In this document: positions 1 to 13,279 of the stretch, in pieces
Position numbering within the stretch: position 1 is the first letter of the stretch
Layout of the letters: every line of letters begins with the position of its first letter
Source of the DNA: Mobula hypostoma
Lineage: Eukaryota
DNA length: 64,000 bases
Direction: 5' to 3'
NCBI RefSeq assembly: GCF_963921235.1
Contig: NC_086097.1
Span: forward strand, 79,796,001 to 79,860,000
The notes under the pieces: generated by a model
Seen by the model: only the letters and a program-made list of their open reading frames with translations
Databases searched by the model: none
What the model was told of the DNA's origin: nothing
Position numbers and translations under genes: made by a program

Positions 1-389
1 GCATAGATCATGCAGAGGATAAAATAGTGGACAGGTCCATTGTAGGCAGCGGAGAGAGAATCTCGGAGTTGGGGAAGTTGACTGGGAAAGGAACACCAGG
101 TACCTCCTCATGGAGGAAAGTAGAAAGCCGTGGGAGAATGTGATTACCTGGGGTCCTCAGAGGGTCTGAATCGAAAAAGTTTGAAAATGGATCTGGAAGC
201 CAGGTGATACAAGCTGGCGGCGAAGACATGTTTCCAGGAAGCATAGTTGGCTATGGCAGCGGTCTGGGTGAGCACATGGTTGAAGAGTTGGGGGGCAGCA
301 GAGATCACAGAGGAGGATCAGTGAGAGAGGGTTTCACTGAACTCCTGCCTGGCCTGCTGAGTTCTTCCAGCATTTTATGTGTGTAGCTT

Positions 390-912
390 TGCAATCAATA
401 TCAGTAAGACCAAAGAATTGATTGCAGATTCTAGGAAGAGGAAGTTGAAAGAACAAACACCAGTCTTCATTGAGGTGTTAGCTGCAGAAAGGGTGAGCAG
501 TTTCAAATTCCTTGGCATCATCATCTCATAGGATCTATCATGGGCCTAACACTTTGATGCAATCACAAAGAAAGCACAACAATGGCTTTACTTTGTAAGG
601 ATTTTGTGGTGATTTGATATGTCACCAAAGACTTTAGGAAATTTCTACAGACCTATGGTGCAGAGCATTCTGATTGGTTGTATCACCAACCAGTATGGAG
701 CCTGTAGGCCAAAACTCAATGTTTTAGGAACAGTTTCTTCCCCTTCACTATCTGATTTCTTAATGGTCCATGAATACTACCTCACTGTTCCTCTTTTAGA
801 TGAAATATTTAGTTATATTTTTGTACTCTTAGTAACAATTATGTCTTGCACTGTACTGCAACCACAAAACGACAAACATCACATTAGTCAGTGATAATAA
901 ACCTGATTCTAA
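390..912 (+). mobile_element. Rex1/Babar-type LINE, degraded 3' fragment
   Basis: Interrupted translation NISKTKELI..ERVSSFKFLG..DLSW..KKAQQWLYF, typical of the RT C-terminal region of this clade; ends in a gataataaacctgattct tail. Confidence 0.7.
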
Positions 913-924
913 ATCTGGTACTGC

Positions 925-1790
925 ACAGAGTCTTGTCATCTTCAGAAGTTTTCGGATGACTCTGCCATAGTTGGATGCATCAGCAAGGGAGATGAGGCTG
1001 AGTACAGGGCTACGGTAGGAAACTTTGTCACATGGTGTGAGCAGAATTATCTGCAGCTTAATGTGAAAAAGACTAAGGAGCTGGTGGTAGACCTGAGGAC
1101 AGCTAAGACTCCTGTTTCCATCCAGGGGGTCAGTGTGGAGATGGTGGTGATTACAAGTACCTGGGGATACGAATTGACAATAAACTGGACTGGTCAAAGA
1201 ATACTGAGGCTGTCTACAAGAAGGGTCAGAGCCGTCTCTACTTCCTGAGGAGACTGAGGTCCTTTAACATCTGCCGGACGATGCTGAGGATGTTCTATGA
1301 GTCTGTGCTGGCCAGTGCTATCATGTTTGCTGTTGTGTGCTGGGGCAGCAGGCTGAGGGTAGCAGACACCAACAGAATCAACAAACTCATTCGTAAGGCC
1401 AGTGATATTGTGGGGATGGAACTGGACTCTCTCACGGTGGTGTCTGAAAAGAGGATGCTGTCCAAGTTGCATGCCATCTTGGACAATGTCTCCCATCCAC
1501 TACATAATGTACTGGGTGGGCACAGGAGTACATTCAGCCAGAGACTCATTCCACCGTGATGCAACACAGAGCGTCATAGGAAGTCATTCCTGCCTGTGGC
1601 CATCAAACTTTACAACTCCTCCCTTGGAGGGTCAGACACCCTGAGCCAATAGGCTGGTCCTGGACTTATTTCCTGGCATAATTTACATATTGCTATTTAA
1701 CTATTTATGGTTTTATTACTATTTATTATTTATGGTGCAACTATAACGAAAACCAATTTCCCCCGGGATCAATAAAGTATGACTATGACT
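925..1790 (+). mobile_element. Rex1/Babar LINE, 5'-truncated 3' end (better-preserved subfamily)
   Basis: QKFSDDSAIVG, KKTKELVVDLR and MLRMFYESVLASAIMFAVVCWG..HPLH; 3' UTR ends aataaagtatgactatgact. Confidence 0.8.
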
Positions 1791-1809
1791 GTTGCATTAA
1801 GACTTAGTT

Positions 1810-3935
1810 AACAGTGAACATGCCCATGTAGCTATCCGACCAGAAGGTTTTACAATTTTCAGAATGGATTGAACCTCAAATTCCGTTAAGGAAAAAGGTG
1901 GCGGTGCTTGCCTTTTAGTCATTTCTCATTGGTGCTCGGACATTGGGGTTATGTCAACTCCTTGTTCCCCTGACTTAGAACACTAATGATTAAATGTAGC
2001 CATTCTATTTGTCTCGAGAATTCTATCCGTGATCCTGACTGCAGTTTACATACCGCCAGCGGCTGATTATAAACAAGCATTCGCAAAACTGCATAATGCT
2101 ATCTGTAAACAAGAAACAGCCCATCCCAATGCATTTCAAATTACAGTCAGCAACTTTAACCAGGCCTGTTTGAAGAAAACCCTGCCCAATTATCACCAGC
2201 ATGCAACCTGTTGCACCAGAGGTCCCAACACACTAGACCACTGCTACACTATGATAAGGAGTGCTTATCGTTTTTTCTTGTGACTGCATTTTGGCAAGCC
2301 GGATCATTTGGCTGTACTCCTACTACCTGCATACAGACAGACAGTAAACTGCAAGGCTTCAGAGATCAAGACAACCAAGAAGTGGTAGCAAGAGGCTGAG
2401 GAACGGTTACAGGATTGCTTTGAGTCAATAGACTAGGCCAAGTTCAAGAACTCATCTGAGGACTTGAAAGACTGACTATACCAGGGTCGTTACAGACAAA
2501 CAGCTGTGGGTGAGTGTGTCCCCACAAAATCATTCAGAGATATCTCCAATCAAAAGTCCTGGATGAACAATGAAATCCGGAATCTGCCGAGAGCCAGATC
2601 AGAGACATTCAAGTCAGGAGATCAAGAATGCTACAAGAGGTGCAGGTATGATCTCCAGAAAGCCATCTCTTGGGCAAAGTGGAAATTCCAGACTAGACTG
2701 GAATCAATGAGGGATGCTGAACAGCTGTGGCAGGGTTTAAATGTAATAAACTCCAACAAAGCTAAACCTTGCGACATAGAGGAGAGCAGAGCTTCGCTTC
2801 CAGATTATCTCAATGCCTTCTGTGCTCGCTTTGACCACCAGAACAGGTGGGAACCATCATTAACCGCCATGTCCCCCAATGATCCTTTGGTCTTAGTATC
2901 TGAAGATGACGTGCAGGCTGCCTTCAAGAGAGTGAATCCAAGGAAAGCGTCTGGTCCATATGGAGTACCTGGCTGAGTACTGAAGACCTGTGCCAAACAA
3001 CTGACTGATATATTCACCGATATCTTCAACCTCTCGCTCCAAACAGGCTTCAACTGTACTGGCCTAAGAGTGTGGTAACATGTCTAAGTGATTATTGCCC
3101 AGTGGCACTTACATCCACAGTAATTTCAGAGGCTGATGTTGAAGCACCTCATCTCCTGGCTGAATAGTGTCTTGGATCCACTCCAATTCCGCTCCTGAAG
3201 CAACAGGTCTACAGTGGATGCTATCTCGTTGGCTCTTCACACAGCCCTTGAACATTAGGACAGCAAAGATGCATACATCGGGATGCTCTTAATCGATTAC
3301 AGCTCGGCATTTAAAACCATCATCCCTTCAAAACTAATCAGTAAACTTTAAGACCGGGGGCAATACCTTCTTGTGCAATTTGAACCTAGATTTCCTCACT
3401 TGTAGACCCCAGACAGTTCAGATTGGCAAAAACATCTCCTCCACAATCACCATCAGCACAGGAGCACAGCAGAAATGTGTACTTAGCCCTCTGCTCTACT
3501 CTTTTACACCTATAAATGTGTGGCTAAGTACAGCTTCAACACCATATAGAAGTTTGCTGATGACACCACTGTGGTGGACTGTATCAATGAGGGTGATGAG
3601 TCAGCATACAGGAGGGAGATTGAAAACTTGGCTGAGTAATAACAACAACCTCAATGTCAAGAAAAGCAAAGAACTGATAGTAGACTTCAGGAGAGGGAAA
3701 CCAGAGGTTCATGAGCCAGTAATCATTGGAGGATCAGAGGTGGAGAGGGTCAGTAACTTCAAATTCCTGGGTGTCAGCATCTCAGAGGATCTATCCTGGA
3801 CCCATCATAGGAATATAATTGTGAAGAAAGCACGACAGCTCCTCTCAGGAGTCTGCGGAAATAAAGCAGGTCATCAAAAAATCTCGCAAACTTCTATAGT
3901 CCTATGGTGGAAAGTGTGCTGATTGTTTGCATTAC
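1810..3935 (+). mobile_element. Rex1/Babar LINE (APE endonuclease plus RT), decayed; 5' part of an element that resumes at 6678
   Basis: ORF fragments LTAVYIPP..TRGPNTLDHCY (APE), [22 protein letters not shown] and [19 protein letters not shown], with many frameshifts. Confidence 0.85.
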
Positions 3936-4270
3936 TCTTACAGAGACACCTCTTTCTCCCTTATTAGGGAGAGACAGCCTGTGGTATGTCAAATACCAGG
4001 TGAACAAGTAGTCTTTGGAGTACTGCAAGTCTGTGTCTTTCCTGTTGCTTTGCTCACACTTGAGTGCTTGGTAGTGGGTGCTGATGCTTTTTCTTTTGCC
4101 GGTGGGGAGAGGGAGGATCGTTGCTGCTGCCACTTGCATGCAGGAGGGAGGAGAGCTGGTGGGGGGGGACTTTGGAGTTCTAACGTTTAACTGTCATTCA
4201 TTCTTTAGGGGCACTCCTCTGTTTTTCATGGATAGTTATGAAGAAAAAGCACTTCAGGATGTATATTGCA
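3936..4270 (+). mobile_element. Short non-coding retroelement inserted in the Rex LINE; its tail is split by a CR1 and resumes at about 6635-6677
   Basis: Rex similarity breaks abruptly at about 3935. The sequence ...caggatgtatattg continues as tatacatttctctgatactaaatgtacc...ctttgaa after the CR1. Confidence 0.55.
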
Positions 4271-6634
4271 TTCTAGACTGGATATTGAGCAATGAGGAAG
4301 GGTTAATTAGCAATCTTGTCGTGAGAGGCCCCTTGGGTAAGAGTGACCATAATATGGTGGAATTCTTCATTAAGATGGAGAGTGACATAGTTAATTCAGA
4401 AACAAAGGTTCTGAACTTAAAGAAGGGTAACTTTGAAGGTATGAGACGTGAATTAGCTAAGATAGACTGGCAAATGACACTTAAAGGGTTAATGGTGGAT
4501 ATGCAATGGCAAGTATTTAAAGATCACATGGATGAACTACAACAATTGTTCATCCCAGTTTGGCAAAAGAATAAATCAAGGAAGGTAGTGCACCCGTGGC
4601 TAACAAGGGAAATCAGGGACAGCATCAATTCCAAAGAAGAAGCATACCAATTAGCCAGAAAAAGTGGCTCACCTGAGGACTGGGAGAAATTCAGAGTCCA
4701 ACAGAGGAGGACAAAGGGCTTAATTAGGAAGGGGAAAAAAGATTATGAGAAAAAACTGGCAGAGAACATAAAAAACTGATTGTAAAAGCTTCTATAGATA
4801 TGTGAAAAGAAAAAGATTGATTAAGACAAATGTAGGTCCCCTACAGACAGAAACAGGTGAATTGATTATGGGGAGCAAGGACATGGCAGACGAATTGAAT
4901 AACTACTTTGGTTCTGTCTTCACTAAGGAGGACATAAATAATTTTCCAGAAATAGTAGGGGACAGAGGGTCCAGTGAGATGGAGGAACTGAAGGAAATAC
5001 ATGTTAGTAGGGAAGTGGTGTTAGGTAAATTGAAGGGATTAAAGGCAGCTAAATCCCCAGGGCCAGATGGTCTGCATCCCAGAGTGCTTAAGGAAGTAGC
5101 CCAAGAAATAGTGGATGCATTAGTGATAACTTTTCAAAACTCATTAGATTCTGGACTAGTTCCTGAGGACTGGAGGGTGGCTAATGTAACCCCACTTTTT
5201 AAAAAAGGAGGGAGAGAGAAACCGGGGAATTATAGACCGGTTAGCCTAACATCGGTGATGGGGAAAATGCTAGATTCAGATATCAAAGATGTGATAACAG
5301 CACATTTGGAAAGCGGTGAAATCATCGGACAAAGTCAGCATGGATTTGTGAAAGGAAAATCATGTCTGACGAATCTCACAGAATTTTTTGAGGATGTAAC
5401 TAGTAGAGTGGATAGGGGAGAACCAGTGGATGTGGTAGATTTGGATTTTCAAAAGGCTTTTGACAAGGTCCCACACAGGAGATTAGTGCGCAAACTTAAA
5501 GCACACAGTATTGGGGGTAAGGTATTGATGTGGATAGAGAACTGGTTGGCAGACAGGAAACAAAGAGTGGGAATAAATGGGACCTTTTCAGAATGGCAGG
5601 CAGTGACTAGTGGGGTACCGCAAGGCTCAGTGCTGGGACCCCAGTTGTTTACAATATATATTAATGACTTAGATGAGGGAATTAAATGCAGCATCTCCAA
5701 GTTTGCAGATGACATGAAGCTGGGCGGCAGTGTTAGCTGTGAGGAGGATACTAAGAGGATGCAGGGTGACTTGGATAGGTTAGGTGAGTGGGCAAATTCA
5801 TGGCAGACACAATTTAATGTGGATAAATGTGAGGTTATCCACTTTGGTGGCAAAAACAGGAAAACAGATTATTATCTGAATGGTGGCCGATTAGGAAAAG
5901 GGGAGGTGCAACGAGACCTGGGTGTCATTATACACCAGTCATTGAAAGTGGGCATGCAGGTTACAGCAGGTGGTGAAAAAGGCAAATGGTATGCTGGCAT
6001 TCATAGCAAGAGGATTCCAGTATAGGAGCAGGGAGATACTATTGCAGTTGTACAAGGCCTTGGTGAGACCACACCTGGAGTATTGTGTGCAGTTTTGGTC
6101 CCCTAATCTGAGGAAAGACATCCTTGCCATAGAGAGAGTACAAAGAAGGTTCACCAGATTGATTCCTGGGATGGCAGGACTTTCATATGATGAAAGACTG
6201 GATCGACTAGGCTTATACTCGTTGGAATTTAGAAGATTGAGCGGGGATCTTATTGAAACATATAAAATCCTAAAGGGATTAGACAGGCTAGATGCAGGAA
6301 GATTGTTCCCAGTGTTGAGGAAGTCCAGAATGAGGGGTCACAGTTTGAGGATAAAGGGGAAGCCTTTTAGGACCGAGATTAGGAAAAACTTCTTCACACA
6401 GAGAGTGGTGAATCTGTGGAATTCTCTGCCACAGGAAACAGTTGAGGCCAGTTCATTGGCTATATTTAAGAGGGAGTTAGATATGGCCCTTGTGGCTAAA
6501 GGGATCAGGGGGTATGGAGGGAAGGCTGGTACAGGGTTCTGAGTTGGATGATCAGCCATGATCATACTGAATGGCGGTGCAGGCTCGAAGGGCCAAATGG
6601 CCTACTCCTGCACCTATTTTCTATGTTTCTATGT
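4271..6634 (+). mobile_element. CR1-clade LINE, 5'-truncated, ORF2 (end of APE plus RT) with two frameshifts
   Basis: LGKSDHN, KSPGPDGLHPRVLKE, NYRPVSLTS, QHGFVKGKSCLTNL, DFQKAFDKVPH, SGVPQGSVLGP, KFADD and LVRPHLEYCVQFWSP; 3' (ttctatgt)n tail. Confidence 0.95.
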
Positions 6635-6677
6635 ATACATTTCTCTGATACTAAATGTACCTTTCAAAACCTTTGAA

Positions 6678-7161
6678 GCAGCCTTGTACGGGAACACGAA
6701 TGCCCTTGAGTGGAAAATTCTACAAAAGGTAGTGGATTCGGCCCATTATATCACAGGGTAAAACCCTCTGAACCACTGAGCGCATCTACATGAAACATTG
6801 TCATAGAAAAGCAGCATCAATCATCAAAGATCCTTACCACCCAGGCCATGCACTTTTCTCACTGCTGTCATCAAGCAGAAGGTACAGGTGCCTCAGGACT
6901 TGCACCACCACATTGAAGAACAATTACTACCCCTCAACCAACAGGTTCTTGATGAAAGAGGATAGCTACACTAATTTAAGGACTCAGTTATAGTGTTGTT
7001 TCATGCTTGTTATTTATTTATATCTTCATTTGCACTGTTTCTTTACAGTTAACAGTTCCTGTTCTATAGATTTGCTAACTTTGACCCACAGAAAAAGAAT
7101 CTCAGGGTTCTACATGGTGACGTGTATGTGCTCTGATAATAAATTTTACTTCGAACTTTGA
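6678..7161 (+). mobile_element. 3' remainder and tail of the Rex/Babar LINE that starts near 1810
   Basis: KAASIIKDPYHPGHALFSLLSSSRRYR; tail aatctcagggtt...gataataaattttacttcgaactttga is shared with 17750-17810. Confidence 0.8.
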
Positions 7162-7940
7162 CAGTGTTGTTTTCAGCAAACATAAATATGGTTTTGGAGC
7201 TGCACTTAGCCACACAGTCATAACTGTAAAGCGAGTAGAGGAGAGGGCTAAGCACACAACCTTGAGGTGCAGCTGTGCTGTTGGATATTGTGAAGATGCT
7301 GTTGCTAATCCGAACTGATTGGGTGAGGAAATTGAGAATCCAATTATATAAGGAGGTACTGAGGCCAAGATCTTGGAGCTTATTGATTAGTCCAAGAGGA
7401 TGATAGTATTGAATCTTGAACTGTAGTTGATAAAGAACATCCTGATGGATGCACTTTGCTGTCCAGATGTTCCAGGGTTGAGTGAACAGCCAATGAAGTG
7501 GTATCTGCTATGTACCTGTTATGATAGTAGGCAAACTGAAGTGGATCCAAGTCGTTACTCTGGCAAAAGTTGATATATTTCATAATAAACCTGTTAAAGC
7601 ACTTCATCACAGTGAACGTAAGTGCTGCTGGATGATGGTCATTAAAGCAGGTTACCACATTCTTCTTAGGCACCTTGAAGCAGACCGCAAATGCAAGAGG
7701 TTAAAGATTTCAGTGAACACTGCAGCCAGTTGAAGTCTTTAATACTCTGCCAGGTACCCCATCTGGGCCACCCTCCTGGGTCACTGGGAGTTTGTGATAG
7801 CTCTTTATTTTGATGATCAAAGTGAGCATAGAAGGCATTAAGCTCATCTGGAAGCGAAGCCCTGTTGTCACCTATGTCGCCTGATTTCACTTTGTAAGAG
7901 GTGATAGCATTCAAGCCCTGCCACCTCTGTCGAGCCAGGG
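7162..7940 (-). mobile_element. Rex/Babar LINE RT fragment
   Basis: ASLPDELNAFYAHFD, TVMKCF..LDPLQFAY and [13 protein letters not shown]. Confidence 0.8.
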
Positions 7941-8121
7941 ATGAAAAGCTTGTAATCTGGACAGACCAGAGGAATCAGTATTATTCTAAATACAAAAAAG
8001 ATGAAGGAATCAAATTGACAAAACATTTTGATAGAGCAGAAGGCTGCTGTTTATATTGGCACATGTTTAAAAAGAGAAAAATTACAAGGCAAAGGAAAAC
8101 AGAAGAGGATACGGACTCCCT

Positions 8122-8890
8122 GGTAAGATGGTGACATGCTTGGGTGCAGTGGTCTCTCTGGGTTCAACCAAAGGTGAAATCATTTCACTCTCGCAAGACA
8201 TTGCCGGTTATCAAGAACATCAAGTACAGCAGGTCTATCCCACGAGCGAGTTGCTGGATAGCGGTGGAGCTGGACTTATTGCACACCATGTTGCAATCTG
8301 TATCAACCACTCAGGGAAGTGTGCGATCCAACAGATTGTTTTGAACTTCTTTGTTGTGATCATAAAATCCAGTTGGTAATGTAGAATGCTGCAAGTCCAA
8401 TTCACTAGTTCATTGGTGAGACCGACAGCAGGGGAACTGTGTAGCCCCGGATGTGCATGGACCAGTCCTCATTCATGCCTTGGATTTGCCTATTGCGGCC
8501 AGTAAGGGAAAAGACACTGGAGCTGTCTGTGTGTCACTGGATTCAGCGCTGGGTTGTGGGCTGGCCCCTCCCGTTAGTGCTGTCCTCTATTGTCATTCGA
8601 TGCACTGCCCGATATGAGGAACTGCTATGGGCTTGTTTTTGCAAATACACGACTCCAGGGCAAATTCCATGCACCATCAATCTACGACATTCAGGAACTT
8701 GGGCTATATTATTATTTTTAAATATATTTTTGTAACTATGTTCTTTTTTTGCTATCATGATTATATGTACTATCAGTGCTGTATGTGACTGTTGGTTCTG
8801 TGCTTTGCACCTTGGCCCCAGGGGAACACTGCTTCATTTTGCTGTAATCACATGAATGGAGAATGACAATTAAATTGAACTTGAACTTAT
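8122..8890 (+). mobile_element. Unclassified non-coding interspersed repeat (SINE-like); related copies at about 11045-11350 (-) and 43110-43592 (+)
   Basis: Blocks shared between copies (ggtaatgtagaatgctgcaagtc, ggctggcccctccc, caccatcaatcta); 3' tail gaatgacaattaaattgaacttgaactt. Confidence 0.55.
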
Positions 8891-9249
8891 TTTTGTGTAT
8901 TTCTCAGAAAGTCAACAGAGGCACATCAGGCCAAGATGCTTCACTGTACGTTACAATTTTTGTGAATGTAATTGACAGGAAAAAAATCTTTACACAGTAG
9001 TTCCAATGGCGCACAGTGGTTACTTTTTCACAAAGAAAACTTGTTGAAGTGAGATGGGCAGAACTAGATTACAAGATCTAATGATGCCAGCATTTGTTCA
9101 AAGCAAAATACAGCAACAAGAAACTATAATCTTTTTGCCACGCTTTCTTTAATGGATTGTAGAGATGGCAGTCTCATTTAAGTACATTGATTGCACAACA
9201 GGTTCTGAAAATAGCATGCATGGAGGAGTGTGGCTGGGGAGGGAAGAAT

Positions 9250-9925
9250 CAGATCAGGTGTGCATGGTCTGTATCCCTTCATTTCCTGCCTTTCCATTCA
9301 TCTGTCTAAAGGTCTTTTAAATGCTGCTGTGTTATCTGCTCCTTCTACCTTCCCAGCAATACTTTCCAAGCACCTCAAATTCTGTGTAAAAAAAATTGCC
9401 TCGAACATCTTCTTTAAACTTTTCCCCTCTTACTTTAAAGTTATGCCCCCTAATATTTAACCTTTCCACCTTAGGAAAAAGACTGTCTCCCCTAATATGC
9501 CTCTCATAATCTTATACATTTCCATCAGGTTGTTCCAGAGAAAACAATCCAAGTTTGTCCAAATTTCCTTTATAGCAAATACACTCCAATACAGGAAACA
9601 TCCTGATAAATCCCACTGCACCCTCTCTAAAGTTTCCACATTCTGTAATGCAGTGACCAGAAATGCACACAATACTCCACATGTGGCCAAACTAACATTT
9701 TATACAGAAATAACATGACTTCCTCACTTTTACACTCAATGCCATAACCAATAAAGGCAAGCATTCTTTATCCCTTCTTTATCATTCTATCACATATATT
9801 GGCAGATTCAGGGGACCTCTGTACAGCAATGCTCCTAACTGTCTCAACATGTGACCTCCCAAAATTTAATACCCCACATTATGTCCAGATTAAACCCTGC
9901 TATTTCTCTGCCCAAATTTCCAAAT
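9250..9925 (-). mobile_element. Old CR1 3' relic
   Basis: VETLERVQ..LMEMYKIMRG on the minus strand. Confidence 0.65.
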
Positions 9926-10510
9926 GATTCCGGTTAATTGGGGTACACCGGGATAAATATATTTTTGGCTCAATTAAACAGCTGTCCCAATTAGCCAAAG
10001 TCTCATGGAAATAGTTCGAAAGGTATAAAAAAAAATGAACTACCATTTAACTGAGTACCAATTTATGTATTTTAAAAAAATACAGAACAAATTAGAATGC
10101 TATCAATACCTCTATATAAGTATAAAACTGTCTATTAGTTCCTAATAGTTATCAACAGAGGAATTCATCCAGTGTGTGTTGTCATGTTCTTTTGATTGAC
10201 TGTAAATGAATAAAATCAGTGCAGATAACTAGTACAGATAATGGACTGCCTTCGTACAATGCTTTCAATGATTGCATCCTTCAAATCTTCATTTTCATTG
10301 TAACTTTCAAGATGATTGTTGAATTTTTCAAATTCTTCACAGTTCATAACTTGTTGAATAGTGAAATCATTTCATTTTCAATTCCATCCATTTCTGGCTT
10401 ATCCAGGTCTGAATGCTTGAAACTGCAGTGAGCAAAACAGCTTTTAATTGTCTTACTGCTTATTTCTCACCAACTATAAGTCACAAAAAAATCACTGCTT
10501 TTTGAACAAC
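9925..10510 (-). mobile_element. Tigger/pogo-like DNA transposon fragment, same family as 40345-42413
   Basis: 10141-10260 is the reverse complement of about 42105-42235; the terminus gattccggttaattgggg resembles that element's TIR. Confidence 0.6.
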
Positions 10511-11044
10511 GTTCATCAATATTCACAACTCCACCAATTTTTGTTTACGAGATATTTCGGCAGACACTTAAATAGGCAAAGCATAACAGGATATGGTTTA
10601 ATGTGAGCAAATGGGACTAGTGTGGATGGGCAAAAAGGTTGGCATATTGTTATGGGCTAATGGACCTGTTTCTGTACTGTACAACTCTATGACCATCATC
10701 CTTGAAATTCTACTCCTAAATCTGACTCCTAATTTTGCAATAAATACTTAAACTTTCCCTACCATGAGCACCTTTTGACTTACTCAATTCAACCTGCTCT
10801 CCATCAATATTCATCCCCTGCATTGCTATGCACTAGAAAATAAAAAAAGTCAAGTATTTATAGTAACCATTATACACAAGTTTATTTACATTAATCTAAC
10901 TTTGAAGTTATGTTTTCCATTTGGAGTGATATGGTGAAATAACCCACCATTGATATTAAAGGATTCAGTAAGCTGGCAAACAACATAAATGCATTTCAAA
11001 GTTATCTGCCACTGCAAGTTTGTGCATCACTGCAAAGAAGTCCC

Positions 11045-11350
11045 TTCAAGTTCAAGTTTAATTGTCATTCAACCATACATGACTATCCATGAATAGAGCC
11101 AAACAGCATTACTCCGGCGCCAAGCTGCAAAACACAGTGCCAACAGTCATACACAAACAACAGGAATTCTGCAGATGCTGGAAATTCAAGCAACACAAAT
11201 GAATTGGACTTGCAGCATTCCACACCACCAAATTCAACAGCGTCTTGCAATCACATGAAAAGTGACTAAAATGATCACTCATTGTTAGACTGCACACCTC
11301 CTTCGCTCTGATGTCTCTCTGACGTAGACAGCAGTAAATCCTCACCGTCT
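11045..11350 (-). mobile_element. Deleted copy of the 8122-8890 repeat family, containing a Penelope pseudo-LTR tail at about 11155-11197
   Basis: ttcaagttcaagtttaattgtcattc is the reverse complement of the 8860-8890 tail; gaattggacttgcagcattc is the reverse complement of about 8384-8403. Confidence 0.55.
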
Positions 11351-11949
11351 AGTTTAAGATATTAGCTACTTATTATCAAATGTTTATTCATGCTTTGAAT
11401 AACTGATCAGGAACAATATTTAAGAATTTGTATGTTACATTTATTGGTTAATTATACTCCAATCTGATGTGATCAAGAAAGCTTTATAATCCACTTGTAC
11501 TTATCGTTTAAAGAACTGCTCACTGTTTTGTTCATCCATAACAATCTCCTATTCACCATTTTGATATCTGAGATTGAATGATGCTCTAATATCGGTTCGG
11601 AGGAATTAACATGTAGGAGTGAATAAGACTTGTGCCTACAACTAAAAGGAGCACTGAGAAACAAGATCAAAACTCACAATGGTTACAATAAATCTGCAAA
11701 TGCTTCAAGGAAATCAGAGTGAGAAACAAACTGCTGCAAACTGCAAGTTCAAAAAGACTCACTAAAAACTAATTCAATTCAACTGTACGAAACCATGTTA
11801 GTTGGAATACTATGTAATTTTACATATAGCTATTGAAACTAATTGTAATTGATTTTAATGCATTCCTTTTCATATTGGTTTCTGATCTCATTTGGTCCTT
11901 GGACTTTAGTATCAAGAAGATGCATAAACCTTCACGGGTGAAATTCGGA

Positions 11950-13260
11950 AATAGAACATCTAACAGTACAGTACTGGACAGGTCCTTCAGCCACAGTGTT
12001 GTGTTGAACTAATTAAACTTTTAATTAATAGGATGAAGGTTCCTGATGACGGGTCTCAGCCCGAAATGTCAATTATTTACTCTTCACCTGGCCTGCTGAG
12101 TTCCTCCAGAATTTGTCTGTAATACAAGCATGTCATACGCTTTCTTTATCACCGTATCAACCTGTGCAGCACTTTATGGGAGCTAACGACATGGACCCTA
12201 AGACTTCTCTATATACCAACACACCTTGACATTAACAGTGCACAATCCCTTTTCATTTAATCTCCCGAAGTGCAACACTTCATAACTGGCCAGATTAAAC
12301 CCCATTAGCCATTTCTCTGTCCATATGTGCGACTGACCTGTAACACTCTGTATCCTTTGGCAATCCTCTTTACTGTGCACAACATCATTAGTCATTATAT
12401 TGTCTGTGAATTCAATAACCCATCCATCCACATTTTCACAAGATCTTTGGGGTATATCTCAAACAGCAGCAGTGCCAGTAAAGGTACCTGAGGAACACCA
12501 CTGGTCTCAAGAGTTCTAGCCGCAATAAGTCTCAGCAGCCTCTATCCTCTATCTTCTACAGGCAAGCAAATTCTGAATCCAAGAAGCCAAGTTGCCAAGG
12601 ATCCCATGCACCTTCATCGTCTGGATGAGCCTAGCATGAGGGTTCTTGTCAAATGCCTTACTAAAATCCATAGAGGCTATATCCACAGTTCTACCCTCAC
12701 AAGACACCTCCATCACTTCCTTGAAAAACTCAATTAAGTTAGTAAGACATGACTTGACCTGCACAAAGCCATGCTGTCTCTAATTAGGTCATGGTTTTCC
12801 AAACGCTCTTAAATCCTATCCCTAAGTATCCTCTCCAAAACCCTCCCTACCACTAACCAGTCTATAGTTTCCATGATTATCTGCACTTACTTTCTTGAAT
12901 AACAGAACAACATTAGGTACTTATCACTTCTCTGGGGCCTTATTTGTGGCTAGAGAGGACATGAAGATCTTGGTCAAGGCCCCAGAAATCTCATCTCATC
13001 TCAATAACCTGGGTATATCCATCAGGCCCTAGGGACTTACCTATCTTAATTTCCTTTATGAGACCCAACACCACCTCTTCTTTTACCTCAAAATGCCCTG
13101 GCATATTAGCACGATGCACACTGATCTCACTATCCTCCATTTCCTTCTCCTTCATTGTAAGTACTGACAAAATTTCTCATTTAGGACCTTGTCCAAATCC
13201 TCTGCCTCCGAGCATATTTTTGCTGCTTTATCATCAAGTGTTCCCAATGGTTCAACACCT
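11950..13260 (-). mobile_element. CR1 relic (RT), with a pseudo-LTR/hammerhead fragment at about 12040-12115
   Basis: KSCLTNLIEFF..MDFSKAFDK and KWLMGFN..EVLHFGR. Confidence 0.8.
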
Positions 13261-13279
13261 GGCTCACTTGAATCTATTT

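Noticed and set aside
1..340. Purine-rich segment at the window start, possibly a repeat relic
   Set aside because: I could not assign it to a family or reading frame; only the pseudo-LTR-like tail at about 343-385 is recognisable.
4078..4779. 233-aa ORF as a host gene
   Set aside because: It is a read-through chimera of a short repeat and CR1 ORF2.
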